Assembly (NCBI GenBank): GCA_951406725.2
Contig: OX597820.1
Coordinates: 36,332,001 to 36,396,000 of the forward strand
Direction of reading: 5' to 3'
Origin: Octopus vulgaris
Taxonomy: Eukaryota
Length of the DNA: 64,000 nt
Each line of letters opens with the position of its first letter. Within the stretch, counting starts at the first letter, position 1. Positions 1 to 12,298 of the stretch are shown here, piece by piece. A program made the position numbers and the translations under genes. Under the pieces are notes generated by a model. That model had not been told where the DNA came from. It ran no database searches and saw only the letters and a program-made list of their open reading frames with translations.

Positions 1-582
1 TGGAACAAGGTGATGAAGCATGATTTTCGAACTTTGAGCCTCACAGAGGCAATGACTTGTGACCAAGACCTTTGGTGAACTTCTATGCTTGAGAGGACCC
101 ATCAAGCCAAGTGCACCTCTGCTGGTAGCACGTAAAGAACATCTTTTGAACATTGGGCCTCACGGAGGTAAAGTGGCTGAGTTTCTGTCAAGCGTTGGGC
201 CTCACAGATTCAAAGTGGCTGACTTCCTTTCAAGCATTGGGCTTCATGGAGGCAAAGACTGAGACCATTGGCATTATGTCATACTTGAAAAGAAGATTCA
301 TCAAGCCGAGCAAAATCACAGTCGTAGCAGATACTGGTGTCACACAAACTGGCACCCATGCTGGTGGAACATAAGCGCTCCCCAGTATCACACAAATAGC
401 ATCCGTGCCGGTGACACATAAAAGCACCTATTACACTCTCAGACTGGTTGGTGTTAGGAAGGGCATCCAGCCATAGAAAACCATGCCAAATCAGACTGGA
501 GTCTGGTGCAGCCTTCCAGCATGCCAACACAGTCAAAGTGTCCAACCCATGCCAGCATGTTAAATGATGATGATGATGTTAA

Positions 583-630
<48 letters not shown>

Positions 631-690
631 GTGATGGTGATGGTGGTGATGATGATGATGATGATGAGGAGGAGGAGGAGGAGGAGGAGG
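1..690 (+). mobile_element. RTE-clade LINE 3' end (ORF C-terminus, 3'UTR, expanded (GAT)n/(GAG)n tail)
   Basis: Bases 1-75 translate WNKVMKHDFRTLSLTEAMTCDQDLW, resembling the RTE C-terminal W.EVV..DL..L...M..DR..W motif. It is followed by the 3'UTR motif ttggtgttaggaagggcatccagc...tccaacccatgccagcatg and a (GAT)n tail shared by many copies in the window. Confidence 0.8.
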
Positions 691-1199
691 AGGAGGGGGG
701 GAGGGGGAGGAGGGGGAGGAGGACATATACACACATGTCAGACTGCTCTGGTAGTGCAACTGTTTGATATGTTAGGGTGTCAAGTATCTTGTTACTGTCT
801 TGCTACATGTCTACGCCCAACAAATTGTAAGCAAGTATCACAGGCTGGTGCAATTTCTAGCTGTAAAAATTGATAGGCAGTTTTTTGGACTTGCAGTGCT
901 GAATTCAGTTCCATGTACTGTAGAAACAGTCTGCAATTAGTAGGTTTCTTATCCAGAAGATTTGTCTCACCATTTACTTAGTACCATAAAAAACAGAGAT
1001 AATTTTAAGCCTTTTTAACAGATGAAATAAATTTGGGAAAGGAATTAATGAATGCTAGTATAGTGGGTTGAATTAACTGACTGTATGCCTTTGCCTATTC
1101 ATGTCAGCCTTTTGACGTGAATAAAGAAAGCAATATTTGATTTTATAAAAGGAAATAATCAAAAGATGTCAAGAAATAAATTCTAAAAACTCACAAAAA

Positions 1200-2037
1200 T
1201 TTGAAGAAAACAACTAACACAGGCACACAAACACATATACTACTCATCACAAAAACACACATTGCTGTTTTATTTAAACATACAAAGAAACACACATGCA
1301 CATATAGCTACACACACACAAGTTTACACAGAAAAAAACATATACATGCATATACACAAAAATGCTTTTACACACTTCCCATTAATGTGCAAATGTATCA
1401 TGTCATACACAAGCCTACACTCATTCACACAAATATACACAGACAAATACTCACTCATACTTCCCATCAACACACATAGACCATGTTATAGAGAAACATA
1501 TACACAAACACAAACACAATTCCCTCCCCTCTTATCACTGCCCAGCAATGCACACACACACACACACACACACACATCACCACCACCAGCCATCACACAA
1601 ATGTACACATCTACATATACACATAATACACTAACTGATACATACACACATATATCTACATTATATCATCAAACACATATATCACAAGTTCATATTAATA
1701 TATATACACACTCCACACCAAACACAGCATTCCTTATAAACAAGGCCTTCTCTAATGGGTTTTTTTTTCTTTTACAGTCTTTAAATAACTCTCGCAAAAC
1801 CTTATAAAGGTCCACCTCATTACACTAATATTATCAGGTTTTATCAAAACAATATGATTTCTTCATCAGTAAATGAATGTAAAATTTCCTGGTTTTAATA
1901 CTTTTAAGTGAGAAAACATGAATGGAGTAGTGTAGTGGACAAAAAGGGGTGTGTTTGACACGTGCTGTCATCCATCTGTGTAGTACTTAGGGTTGGGAGT
2001 TGTAGGGAGCATGAGTGTATAAATATATATGCGTGAG

Positions 2038-2094
<57 letters not shown>

Positions 2095-2200
2095 ATGACT
2101 ATGTTAATGGGCAATGTATGAACTGGTGGGCTGATTGAGACTGCTTGTGAGCATGTACGCATGTCTGTATGAATTAATGGGCAATCAAATAATGATGTGC

Positions 2201-2233
<33 letters not shown>

Positions 2234-2265
2234 TGAGTGCATGCATGAGTGTATCTTTCTGTATA

Positions 2266-2312
<47 letters not shown>

Positions 2313-2829
2313 ATTTATACATATTGATATGAATTGATGGTATGTGTGTGATGATGTCATGTATGAGTAGTGATATATCTTTTGGTGTACAAAGTCTGTG
2401 TATATTTGTATGGTGGTAGTGGTGCTGATGTGTGTGTGTGTGTGTGTGCGTGTGTCTCGATATATTTACATGAGCTTGAGATATGTGTGTGGGATGATGT
2501 AATGCATATATGTGTGTATGTATTTGTCGATATACAACATGTGAGTGTCTTTGTGAATTTGGCTGTGTATATTTGTTTAGTGATGATGGTTACATGTGTG
2601 TCTGTCTATGTGTATGTCTGTGATTGCGTTTGTGTGTGTATGTGTGTATCTGTGTCTTTACGTGTGGGTAATCAATGCATTGAAATGGAATGCAAATGTT
2701 ATAAGTTACTATTATCAGATCAACTATTTTTCACTTAATTTAATTTCAGTATTTAAAAAAGGCATAGGTTTGTTTCACAAACACTCTCATAAAATTTCAC
2801 TTACACACACACACAAACATACAAACACA

Positions 2830-2865
<36 letters not shown>

Positions 2866-3027
2866 AGTATGCATACGTACATAGATACATACTTGAATAC
2901 ATGCATGCATACATAACATACATACATACATACATACATACATACATACATACATACATACATACATGTATATCTACATTTATTTTCAAATCATTTTATA
3001 TGAATGAAAAGTCACTGAGCTCTCTGA

Positions 3028-3118
<91 letters not shown>
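1200..3118. repeat. Low-complexity (CA)n/(TG)n/(TACA)n microsatellite-rich region
   Basis: Direct reading; the ORFs here are HT/CV dipeptide artefacts. Confidence 0.9.
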
Positions 3119-3121
<3 letters not shown>

Positions 3122-3224
3122 CTTGTCATAGCAGCATCATTGTCAACTGCAACAAAGTCAAAAGAAATGCATTAGAGAGAAGAAGATATAGATGTATTGC
3201 AATTGTTACACCAGTTAATGAATG

Positions 3225-4100
3225 GCGCAGAAAGCAATATTGCTATGATTCAATTTATTAGAAAGAGAATTAACCTAGATGAGATGCAGTTCCACTTTGT
3301 GCCAGAAAGGTGTACTATTAATATCATTTTCTTAGTGTGAAATATTTAGCCTGGAGCAAGCCACAGTACCTGGCATATGTGACTCTGGAGAAAGTCCTAG
3401 ACAGGTTGTTGAAGGGGTTTGGGACAGATGAATGGCTTGACAGACAAATGACTGTACAAGCCATGTACAGAGGTGCAGTCAGTAAGGTAAGAATCAGCAA
3501 TGAGTATAGCAACAAATTTAACATGAAGGTAGAGGTCCACCAAGGCTCAGTATTAAGTTTACTTCAATTTATCATTGTCTTTCTGGTCATAACAGAGGTT
3601 TAAGGCCAACTTCCTGTCAAAACTCTGAGCTAAAGACTTAGTAGGTAGAAATTCCATTCACTGTACCAGCATAAAGTATGAATGTATAAGTGATCTTGTG
3701 GAGTCATAGGCAGGCTAACAGAAAAGGAAGATTTTGTATGATGTAGATGTGCTAATAGCACTAACAGCAAATAGGCAATAAATTTTCTCAAATGCCTGGA
3801 AGGTTCCTTAGAAGTAGTTGACGGCTTCTCTTACATAGATGGCCTAATTTACAGTGAAGGTCAAAGCTCTGAAAGTATAGTAGCCAGAGTAAAAACAAGT
3901 TGAAGAAAGTTCAGGGAGTGATTAACACTACTGACAACAAAGAGTTTCCCTCTAAAAATGAAAATCAAATTGTATAATGCTTGTTTACAAACTGTGGAAC
4001 AGCACAATAGTGTGACATAAGTCTTGAATACAGATTTGCAATGACTAGAAATAAATAAATCAAGCATGCTCAACAGGATGTATTATTAGTGAGTGCATGA
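3225..4100 (+). mobile_element. Degenerate RTE LINE reverse-transcriptase fragment
   Basis: ORF 3337-3603 (YLAYVTLEKVLD...EWL...VQAMYRGAVSKVRISNEYS.KF.MKVEVHQGSVLSLLQFIIV) is collinear with the better-preserved RTE at 54100-55466 and has many stops. Confidence 0.85.
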
Positions 4101-4923
4101 ACGATGTTGTAGCTGTTGCTGTTTGAGTTGGCTGAACCTTACACGGATGCATGTACTCACTCTTACATCCTGCACATCATCTTGCTTTCTGATCTATCTA
4201 TAGATTGCCACTTGTCACTTCCTTCTTCTTGAGTCATTTCTATTGTTCTCACCTTCCCCTATCCACACTGATATTTTCCATCAATCATATTTCTACTCTT
4301 GCGAGTGAATGTAACTTCATGAATTCGACACAGGACGTATCTCAGGTATCAGTGGCGAGGCGGGGCTCATGGGGTCCAAATTGAACCCGCCTTCCCACTC
4401 CATCCGTAATGTCTTCCGGTCTGTCCTATCATTCGATTTATTTATATTTTTGTGAATTTTTAATGTCATCTTTATGTTATATAAATCCGTCCATCTGACC
4501 CCAATCAGATTGTATTGTCCTTTATCTATGCCCCCTTGTGGGAAATAAAAAATCACTCACTATATTCACCTTTACTCCAATCTCTAACAATCTGTTACTC
4601 TCCTTTCACACTCTCATGAAATTATCCTCTCTCTTTCTCTCTCTCTCTCTCTTTCTCGTAATTTTTTGTTGTCTACATATAGCTGCAAAAGTTTTGTCCA
4701 GGTAATGAATGACTGAAACCATGTAAGCCACTGAGGAGATATAACAATACCAAAACGTGTATCTGGTAGACTCTGGTAGTCCATTCACATCATCTAGAGA
4801 CCAGCTTGATATAATTTTACACACAAAATCTAGAAGGAGGAATTTTTCTCTAAGACAAGAGCTCACAACATACATGTACAACAGTGTATAAAATTTAAAT
4901 GTAAAATATAAATATACTCATCA

Positions 4924-5779
4924 TCTACTACATATGTGGGAAATTCTGTCTGTGGGTGTGTTTGTGGAGTTGTTAGCTAAATCCTTCTACATCATTTTAT
5001 TGATTTTGATGAAACTTGATACATGAGTAGAACTCATTGTCTGGAAACCACATGGCATATTCAGATTATTGAAAAAATCAATAAAAAGATCCCTGGAAGG
5101 GATCCTTATATATCTCTAATATATTTCATTTTAACAATCAAGGGAAATAGCCCATTAATTTTCCTAAATCATTTGGTATAAATCAAATTGAGTATGCTTA
5201 TTTCTTAGTATTTGAACTATTAGAGTTATTTTCACAATTTATTCAGTACAACCCTTAAACAAGCAAATAGTATTTTCCTAAACAATAGATCCACTTATTT
5301 TGGTTTGTGACTTATTCATGAATATACCAACACTAGCACTGCGGAGGGGAATATTCTCTAGGAATATGCAAAAGCCCTTTTCAAAGTTATTTACTTTGAA
5401 TTGTTATTATCTCATATTTGATTAGCCTGTTATTATGTAACATGATTCATGATTTTAGTATACATACCTTTTTAGTATTTCCTCCTAAGTTCTATATACT
5501 CTGGGAAAGCCATTTAATGCATTATAATATCCTTACTATCGGGTAACTAATTTCATGTTATTACATAACTGACTTCACAATTTGGGTATCCATAACTTAT
5601 TGGGAATTCCTGAAAACAAGATCCTGTGTAAGATAGTTCGGTATTCTCTGTAAATGCACAAAAACAGTTCTAAGGGCTATATACTTTGTATTGTTGTTAT
5701 TGGATTAGCAAAACAATTATGAGAACAGAACCAAGGAATAAACCCCACTTTCCCGGGAATTACCGGGTGTGTCAGCTAG
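4924..5779 (+). mobile_element. Non-autonomous Helitron
   Basis: 5' end A|TCTACTACATAT...aaattctgtctg; 3' GC hairpin cccgg-gaatta-ccggg (5752-5767) followed by CTAG|T (5776-5779). It sits between A and T with no TSD, the canonical Helitron termini. Confidence 0.75.
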
Positions 5780-5920
5780 TTAATATAATATATATGTATG
5801 AGCATATTAATATATATATGTATGTGTATGTATATATGAACACACACATATATATGTATGTAATGTATGTATTGTATGTATGGATGTATGAATACATGTA
5901 TGTATGTATGTATGTATGTA

Positions 5921-6438
5921 CAACAATACCTCACTTTATGAGGACTCTCTTTATGAGACCTCAGGCTTACTAGTTTTATTTTTCAAGCACAAGATTCAAA
6001 TTTTGAATGAAATGCAAAAGTTTCTACAGCCATAACAAATGCTTCTGCATGTTACTGAGAAATTTATAGAGCGTGAAAAAAGCTTCTTCTAAGCAAACAA
6101 CTCTAGACTTGTTTTTTAAAAAGAAATTTACAAGTTTGTCTACAAGTGCTTGTGAATTGGCAATCCTATCTACAAGTGATTATAATAATACAAGATGATT
6201 TCAATAATAATAACATTTTTTATTATAAATGGTCTTGACATTCCTTTTACTTTACATAAAATATTCTTCACCATTCTCCTGTTGTTTTTTATTATAAAAT
6301 TTATAAGTAAAATATTTTTCTGAGAACGAATTATGATTTATAACATTGTTACCATGGGAAATTATTGCTCTGCTTTATGAGTTTTTGCTTTATGAGCAAT
6401 CTCTAGGAACAAATTAACTCGTATTTTGAGGCATTACC

Positions 6439-6439
<1 letters not shown>
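5921..6439. mobile_element. Tigger/pogo-like non-autonomous DNA transposon
   Basis: TA-flanked degenerate TIRs caacaatacctcactttatgag / ctcgtattttgaggcattaccg. Confidence 0.5.
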
Positions 6440-6503
<64 letters not shown>

Positions 6504-6593
6504 TGTGTGTATTATGTATGTATGTAATAATTGTATACATATATAGCTATTTCTCTCTCCTTCCCTCTCTCTCTCTTTCTATATATGTGTGTG

Positions 6594-6633
<40 letters not shown>

Positions 6634-7149
6634 AACTTAACCTTTAAAGGTATTTTTTAATATGCTGGCCATTGATAGAATTTTCGAATTTTTTATTAGA
6701 CATATATATATGCATGTCTGTTTGAATGAACAGATAGGTCAACATGTAATTTTTTTAAAGTCTAACTTTTTCACTGATGATATTTTGCTCATAACTTATA
6801 AATGCAAATTTAATGCACAAATTTGTAATTTATTCAATGAGTGCAAATGGAAACAGCTGTAGAAAGAACTCATTATCAATTTATTAATTGATAAATAGAT
6901 ATTAGCCACTAACTCTCCATTTTCTTCTCTTAATTTGATATGAATTATATACCTAATATATACCTGTTGATTTAGGAAAATTTTATTTCCCAAATACATA
7001 AGGTATGGAACCAATGTTTTCTTGAATGTAATCATCCTTTTAAGGGATTAATATATCCTCTAATTAACTTATATATATATATATATATATATAGCAATAA
7101 TAATTCTCTAAACGAGATATAGACAGTAACTGCTCCAATGGCCAATGTC

Positions 7150-7202
<53 letters not shown>

Positions 7203-7205
<3 letters not shown>

Positions 7206-7414
7206 GAAGGGATGCTGAAAAGTTCCTGGCTTTAAAGACATTGCAAAAGGCCTGGTTGGTACCCCAACTTTCCGAGTTCTTTTACAAGGCTTAGAAAAAC
7301 TGAAGGACTTTGCAAAATGTATGTGAATCTGAGAGAGGAATATGTTGAATTAAATCATAATTAACTGATCCTCTTGTATTTTCTTTTACCTGAAACCAGG
7401 AACTTTTTTAACAT
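7203..7414. mobile_element. Mariner-derived MITE
   Basis: Inverted repeats aaaagttcctgg (7218-7229) and ccaggaactttt (7396-7407), flanked by TA. Confidence 0.6.
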
Positions 7415-7415
7415 A

Positions 7416-8769
7416 TACAAGGGGCACCCAAAAGAAGCTGGAATTTTGCAATATTGTTTTATTCACTTAGATTTACATGTTTACAATTTTATCACCTTCA
7501 AAGTATTCATCCTCTGAAGCAATGCATCAGTCCAGACCTGTTTTCCACCATTCGAAGCAGTTCTGAAACAGTTGTGAATTGATGCCTTTTTTTTTTTTTC
7601 ACCTCTTCCACATCTACAAAACGCTTTCCTTTAAGAACTTTTTTAATTTGGAGGAACAAAAGATGCTGCAGGGGGCAAGATCAGGTGAATAGGGAGGGTG
7701 GGTAAGTGGAGGTCACGCTATTTTTAGTCAAAAACTGTCACACTCAAGGTGGTGTCCACAGGCAAATTGTTGGGATGAAACCACCACTCTCCACTTTGCA
7801 ACAGGTTGTGGCATTTTCATCTCACCACATCCCGCAAACACTTCAGAACTGCTAAGTAAAATGTCAGCTTAACAGTTTGACCAGGAAGAACAAATTCAGT
7901 GTGGACAATTTCTTTTGCATCAATGAAACAAATGAGCATTGTCTTGACAATGGAATTCACTTGACATGCTGTTTTGGGGCATGGTGGCATTGAATGCTTC
8001 CAGTGACTTGATTGCTGCTTTGTTTCTGGGTTGTAGCCATAGCACCACTTTTCACAACCAGTAATGACTTTTGAATAAAGGTCCAGATCAACATCCAACT
8101 GTTCTTTCAGTTCATGACATGCATTCAGTCATGATTGCTTTTGATCTTCCTTGAGCAAGCGGGGCACAATTTTGCAACCACTCAATTCATTTGCAATTCC
8201 TGACTCAAAATTCATTGGCAGGAGCTCCAGGTCATACCAGTCATATCAACAAGGTCATCAATTGCCTGGCGACAGTCCTCCAAAATCAGTTCATGAATTT
8301 TTGTGATGTTTCCATTCATTCAGGATCAGCAAGTGACAAGTGACCATTCCTAAAGCCTGAAAACCATTTGTAAACTTGTGTTTTGCACATGGCAGCATCC
8401 TTGTAAGTTGTTTGAAGCATGAAAACTGTTTTAGCTGCCGTTTTTCCCAGAAGAAAACAAACAGAATTTCATGGAAGCATGCTGCTTCTTCATTTCAGCC
8501 ATTGAAAAAATCGATGAACAGGGGGAGAAGTACTGCAAAACAAAGACACACCACGTGACAGTACAATTTCACATGATGATGCTAGTTGGCAAACTGATAC
8601 CTGAGGGTCACATCAAGTAGCTTGTAGTGGTGGAAGCCTGAATGTATGTACTATATATATCTATATGTGCATGTGTACATGTATAACACACACATACAGT
8701 CCCACCCACTTAGGATTTCGCTTCAAGAATCTTGAAAGACAAATACAAATATAAATACAAGCATGTACA

Positions 8770-8805
<36 letters not shown>

Positions 8806-9102
8806 TATATAGATAGATACACACGCACATACACACACAAAGGCAAATACATTAAAGTATATTTCTATCATTACCCTATCTAACTACACACCCACAGATA
8901 ACACTAATTGATGTTAATATTTTGTATGCGTGCACGCGCGCGCGTGTATGTGTTTGTGTGTGTTTGTCTTTTGATGTATGTATATATGTTCTGTGCTGTA
9001 TACAAGTTTGTAGTTATATGTCTGTATCCACGTTTACATATGAGTACATATATATGTATTCATATCTGTTTGTATGCATATCTATGCATGTGTGCGTGTA
9101 TG

Positions 9103-9145
<43 letters not shown>

Positions 9146-9223
9146 CGACATATATATATAGACATACATATATATATACACGTATATACACAGAGAAGGC
9201 TTCCACTTTTGGATACACCTTCA
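7416..9223 (-). mobile_element. Decayed mariner transposon, interrupted at ~8655-9188 by an inserted duplication
   Basis: ORF 7817-8098 KVITGCEKWCYGYNPETKQQSSHWK...KTMLICFIDAKEIVHTEFVLPGQTV...FYLAVLKCLR is the mariner DDD domain (ITGDE.W..YDPETK.QS.QW). TIR-like ends tacaaggggcacccaaaa (7416) and acttttggatacaccttcata (9203-9223). Confidence 0.85.
8655..9188. repeat. Inverted duplicate of 14298-14772
   Basis: Unique segments match as reverse complements, e.g. cagtcccacccacttaggatttcgcttcaagaatcttgaaagacaaatac versus 14688-14737, and attaaagtatatttctatc.ttaccctatctaactacacacccacagataacactaattgatg versus 14561-14623. Confidence 0.95.
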
Positions 9224-9651
9224 TATATGCATATACATTCACAAGTACACACATGTGTATGTGTGTGTGGGGGGGAGTGTGGATGTGAGGGTGTGTGGAT
9301 GTGAGGGTGTGTGGATGTGGGTGGATGTGGATAGGTGTGTGTGTGTGTGTGTGTATTTGTGCTTGTGTCTCCTTGTCTTGATGATAGTTGTAAACATGCA
9401 TCACCATCATACAAGCAGTCATTCATTTCCCACCTTGCATGAAAATATTTCAAATTACAAGGAATATTACTTTCATTGGAAACCAATACGGATCAACAAA
9501 AGGGCAGCTGGTCATTGAGATTATACCACATGGAAAAGCTGACATTAAAGCAATGAATATATATATATTGTATATATATATATATATATATTGTATAGAT
9601 ATATATATATATATACATACAATATATATATAAAGCAATGAATATATATAT

Positions 9652-9682
<31 letters not shown>

Positions 9683-10728
9683 ACCATCTGATCGTGGCCG
9701 TTCGCCCGCCTCATCTGGCACCTGTGTCGTTGGCACATAAAAACACCATCCGAAGACCCGGCAAGACTAGTCAGGCCTAAACCCGTGGCCCCTACCTGGG
9801 ACGTAGTCAGTCCACCTGTGCATACCTTCCTTCTTGTGACACTTGTGAAGACCTGTTGAGGCAAGTGAAAATCAAAACAAATCAAAATAGATGAACATCA
9901 ATGGAATTTGGTACCAGTGCCGGTGGCACACAAGAAAGCCATCCGAACGTGGCCGTAGCCAGTACTGCACCGACTGGCCTCCATGCTGTGGGCACATAAC
10001 AAACACCATCCGATCGTGGCCGTTCGCCAGCCTCATCTGGCACCTGTGTCGGTGGCACATAAAAACACCATCCGAGCGTAGCCGTCTGCCAGCCTCGTCT
10101 GGCACCTGTGTCGGTGGCACATAAAAAACACCATTCGAGCGTGGCCGTGCATACCTTCCTTCCTTCTTGTGACACTTGTGAAGACCTGTGAAGACCTGTT
10201 GAGGCAAGTGAAAATCAAATCAAATCAAATCAAAACAAATCAAAATAGATGAACATCAATGGAATTTGTATCTTTGTGGTACCAGTGCCGGTGGCACACA
10301 AGAAGACCATCCGAACGTGGCGGTAGCCAGTACCGCATCGACTGGCCTCCGTGCTGTGGGCACGTAACAAACACCATCCGATCATGACCGTTCGCCAGCC
10401 TCATCTGGCACCTGTGTCGGTGGCACATAAAAACACCATCCGAGCGTGGCCGTCTGCCAGCCTCGTCTGGCACCTGTGTCGGCACATAAAAAACACCATC
10501 CGAGCGTGGCCGTTTGCCAGCCTCGTCTGGCACCTGTGTCGGTGGCACATAAAATCACCTACTACACTCTCGGAGTGGTTGGCGTTAGGAAGGGCATCCA
10601 GCTGTAGAAACACTGCCAGATCTGACTGGCCTGGTGCAGCCTTCGGGCTCCCCAGACCCCAGTTGAACCGTCCAACCCATGCTAGCATGGAAACCGGACG
10701 TTAAATGATGATGATGATGATGATGATA
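9683..10728 (+). mobile_element. RTE LINE 3'UTR with internal ~61-bp tandem repeats and (GAT)n tail
   Basis: Units caccatccgagcgtggccgtctgccagcctcgtctggcacctgtgtcggtggcacataaaaa are repeated, with a ~330-bp higher-order duplication. Ends with the RTE tail ggttggcgttaggaagggcatccagc...ggacgttaaatgatgatgat. Confidence 0.8.
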
Positions 10729-10862
10729 TATATATATACATACAATATATATATATTCATTGCTTTAATGTCAGCTTTTCCATGTGGTATAATCTCAATG
10801 ACCAGCTGCCCTTTTGCTGATCCATATTGGTTTCCAATGAAAGTAATATTCCTTGTAATTTG

Positions 10863-10898
<36 letters not shown>

Positions 10899-10899
10899 T

Positions 10900-11056
10900 A
10901 TATTATATTAGAGATAAAACCACTATTAGGCAAATCAAACAGTGAAAAACATAAGCCAATACATAAAATTAATTTAAAAATATAAAAGTTAAAAATTTAA
11001 AAATTATTGAAATAATTTAAACTTATAAATTTTAAATATATATATACAAATATATA

Positions 11057-11095
<39 letters not shown>

Positions 11096-11856
11096 TAAAT
11101 CTATATATGAGGATAATATCGATATTTAAGTATCAAATTATCAAGTGGCCAGCATGAAAAAAATACCTTACAAAGGTAAAAAATTTTTAACCATTAAAAA
11201 TGAGGGTGTCTAAAAGACACCAACATGCCAAAATAGCAGTCGAAATTCTGACTATAAAACCACGTTAAATGTTCATATCGCACCATGGACTAAAAGTCGG
11301 AGGGGGCAGAGGATAAACTACCTGCATGAACTTGCTATAAAAGCAAGTAGTAATTTTACTTTATCCTTATTCTTAGTGCAAGTTTTAAAGACACCCTCAT
11401 TTTTAATTGTTAAAAATTTTTTACCTTTGTAAGGTATTTTTTTCATGCTGGCCACTTGATAATTTGATACTTAAATATCGATATTATCCTCATATATAAA
11501 TTTATATAATTCGTTATTATATTCACTGCGGTGCTTATTTTAACCATATCGTATTTATGCGGTGATTTGGCGGGCAATTCAAATGGCTGTGTCCATATGT
11601 GCATATGTATGTATGTGCGACGCTCGTGTATGTAAGTATATCTGTATTTATGTACCCTTGATATATTCAATTGATGACGGTAAAGCTTATTTAAAGCAGA
11701 ACCAGAAATCCTTGGATCTTGAATTATTCAATAATTTTTGCTTGTATGTTTTGTCCCTCCGCTTTACCTCATGGTGCGATATGAACATTTAACGTGGTTT
11801 TATAGTCAGAATTTCGACTGCTATTTCGGCATGTTGGTGTCTTTTAGACACCCTCA

Positions 11857-11863
<7 letters not shown>
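10900..11863. mobile_element. Penelope-like/retrozyme-like composite: 457-nt hammerhead-containing unit (11391-11863), an inverted partial copy (11102-11287) and a Penelope-type AT-rich piece (10905-11040)
   Basis: acaccctcatttttaat occurs at 11391 and 11848. 11102-11287 is the reverse complement of unit end joined to unit start. 10905-10960 (gagataaaaccactattaggcaaatcaaacagtga) matches 28263-28300. The block is bounded by (TA)n. Confidence 0.65.
11665..11724 (+). ncRNA. Minimal type I hammerhead ribozyme fold (C3U variant, probably decayed)
   Basis: Stem I attcaa(11665-70)/ttgaat(11719-24); core TTGATGA (11671-77, consensus CUGANGA); stem II ggt..gctt-attta-aagc..acc; GAAA (11705-08); short stem III tcc-tt-gga; cleavage triplet AUC (11716-18). 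Confidence 0.65.
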
Positions 11864-11906
<43 letters not shown>

Positions 11907-12224
11907 AATAATATATATATATACATATATATATGTACATACCTACATATATATGTATATATACATGCATATATGGGTACAAGACGTCAATAAAACATGA
12001 ACAAAATGAAGTACCCATATATGCATATATGTATACATATATATGTAGGTATGTACATATATGTATGTATATATGCATTATTATATGTATATATATATAT
12101 ATCATCATACTTGGAAATGGATGCGTGGCGTTCAATAATATAATAATATAAATAATATACATATATGTGTGTGCGTGTATTATTTATATTATTATATGAT
12201 CGAATGCTATGCATCCATTTCCAA

Positions 12225-12297
<73 letters not shown>

Positions 12298-12298
<1 letters not shown>

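Noticed and set aside
454-873. ORFs with poly-His, poly-Asp/Glu, poly-Met and poly-Pro
   Set aside because: They are translations of the expanded (GAT)n/(GAG)n tail of an RTE LINE.
1201-3261. Many 60-180-aa ORFs rich in HT, CV or YI dipeptides (here and throughout the window)
   Set aside because: Stop-free frames through dinucleotide microsatellites.
9683-10560. CRISPR-like periodic array (~61-bp period with palindromic core)
   Set aside because: The units are whole tandem repeats with no unique spacers, they are continuous with a LINE tail, the context is eukaryotic, and no cas genes are present.
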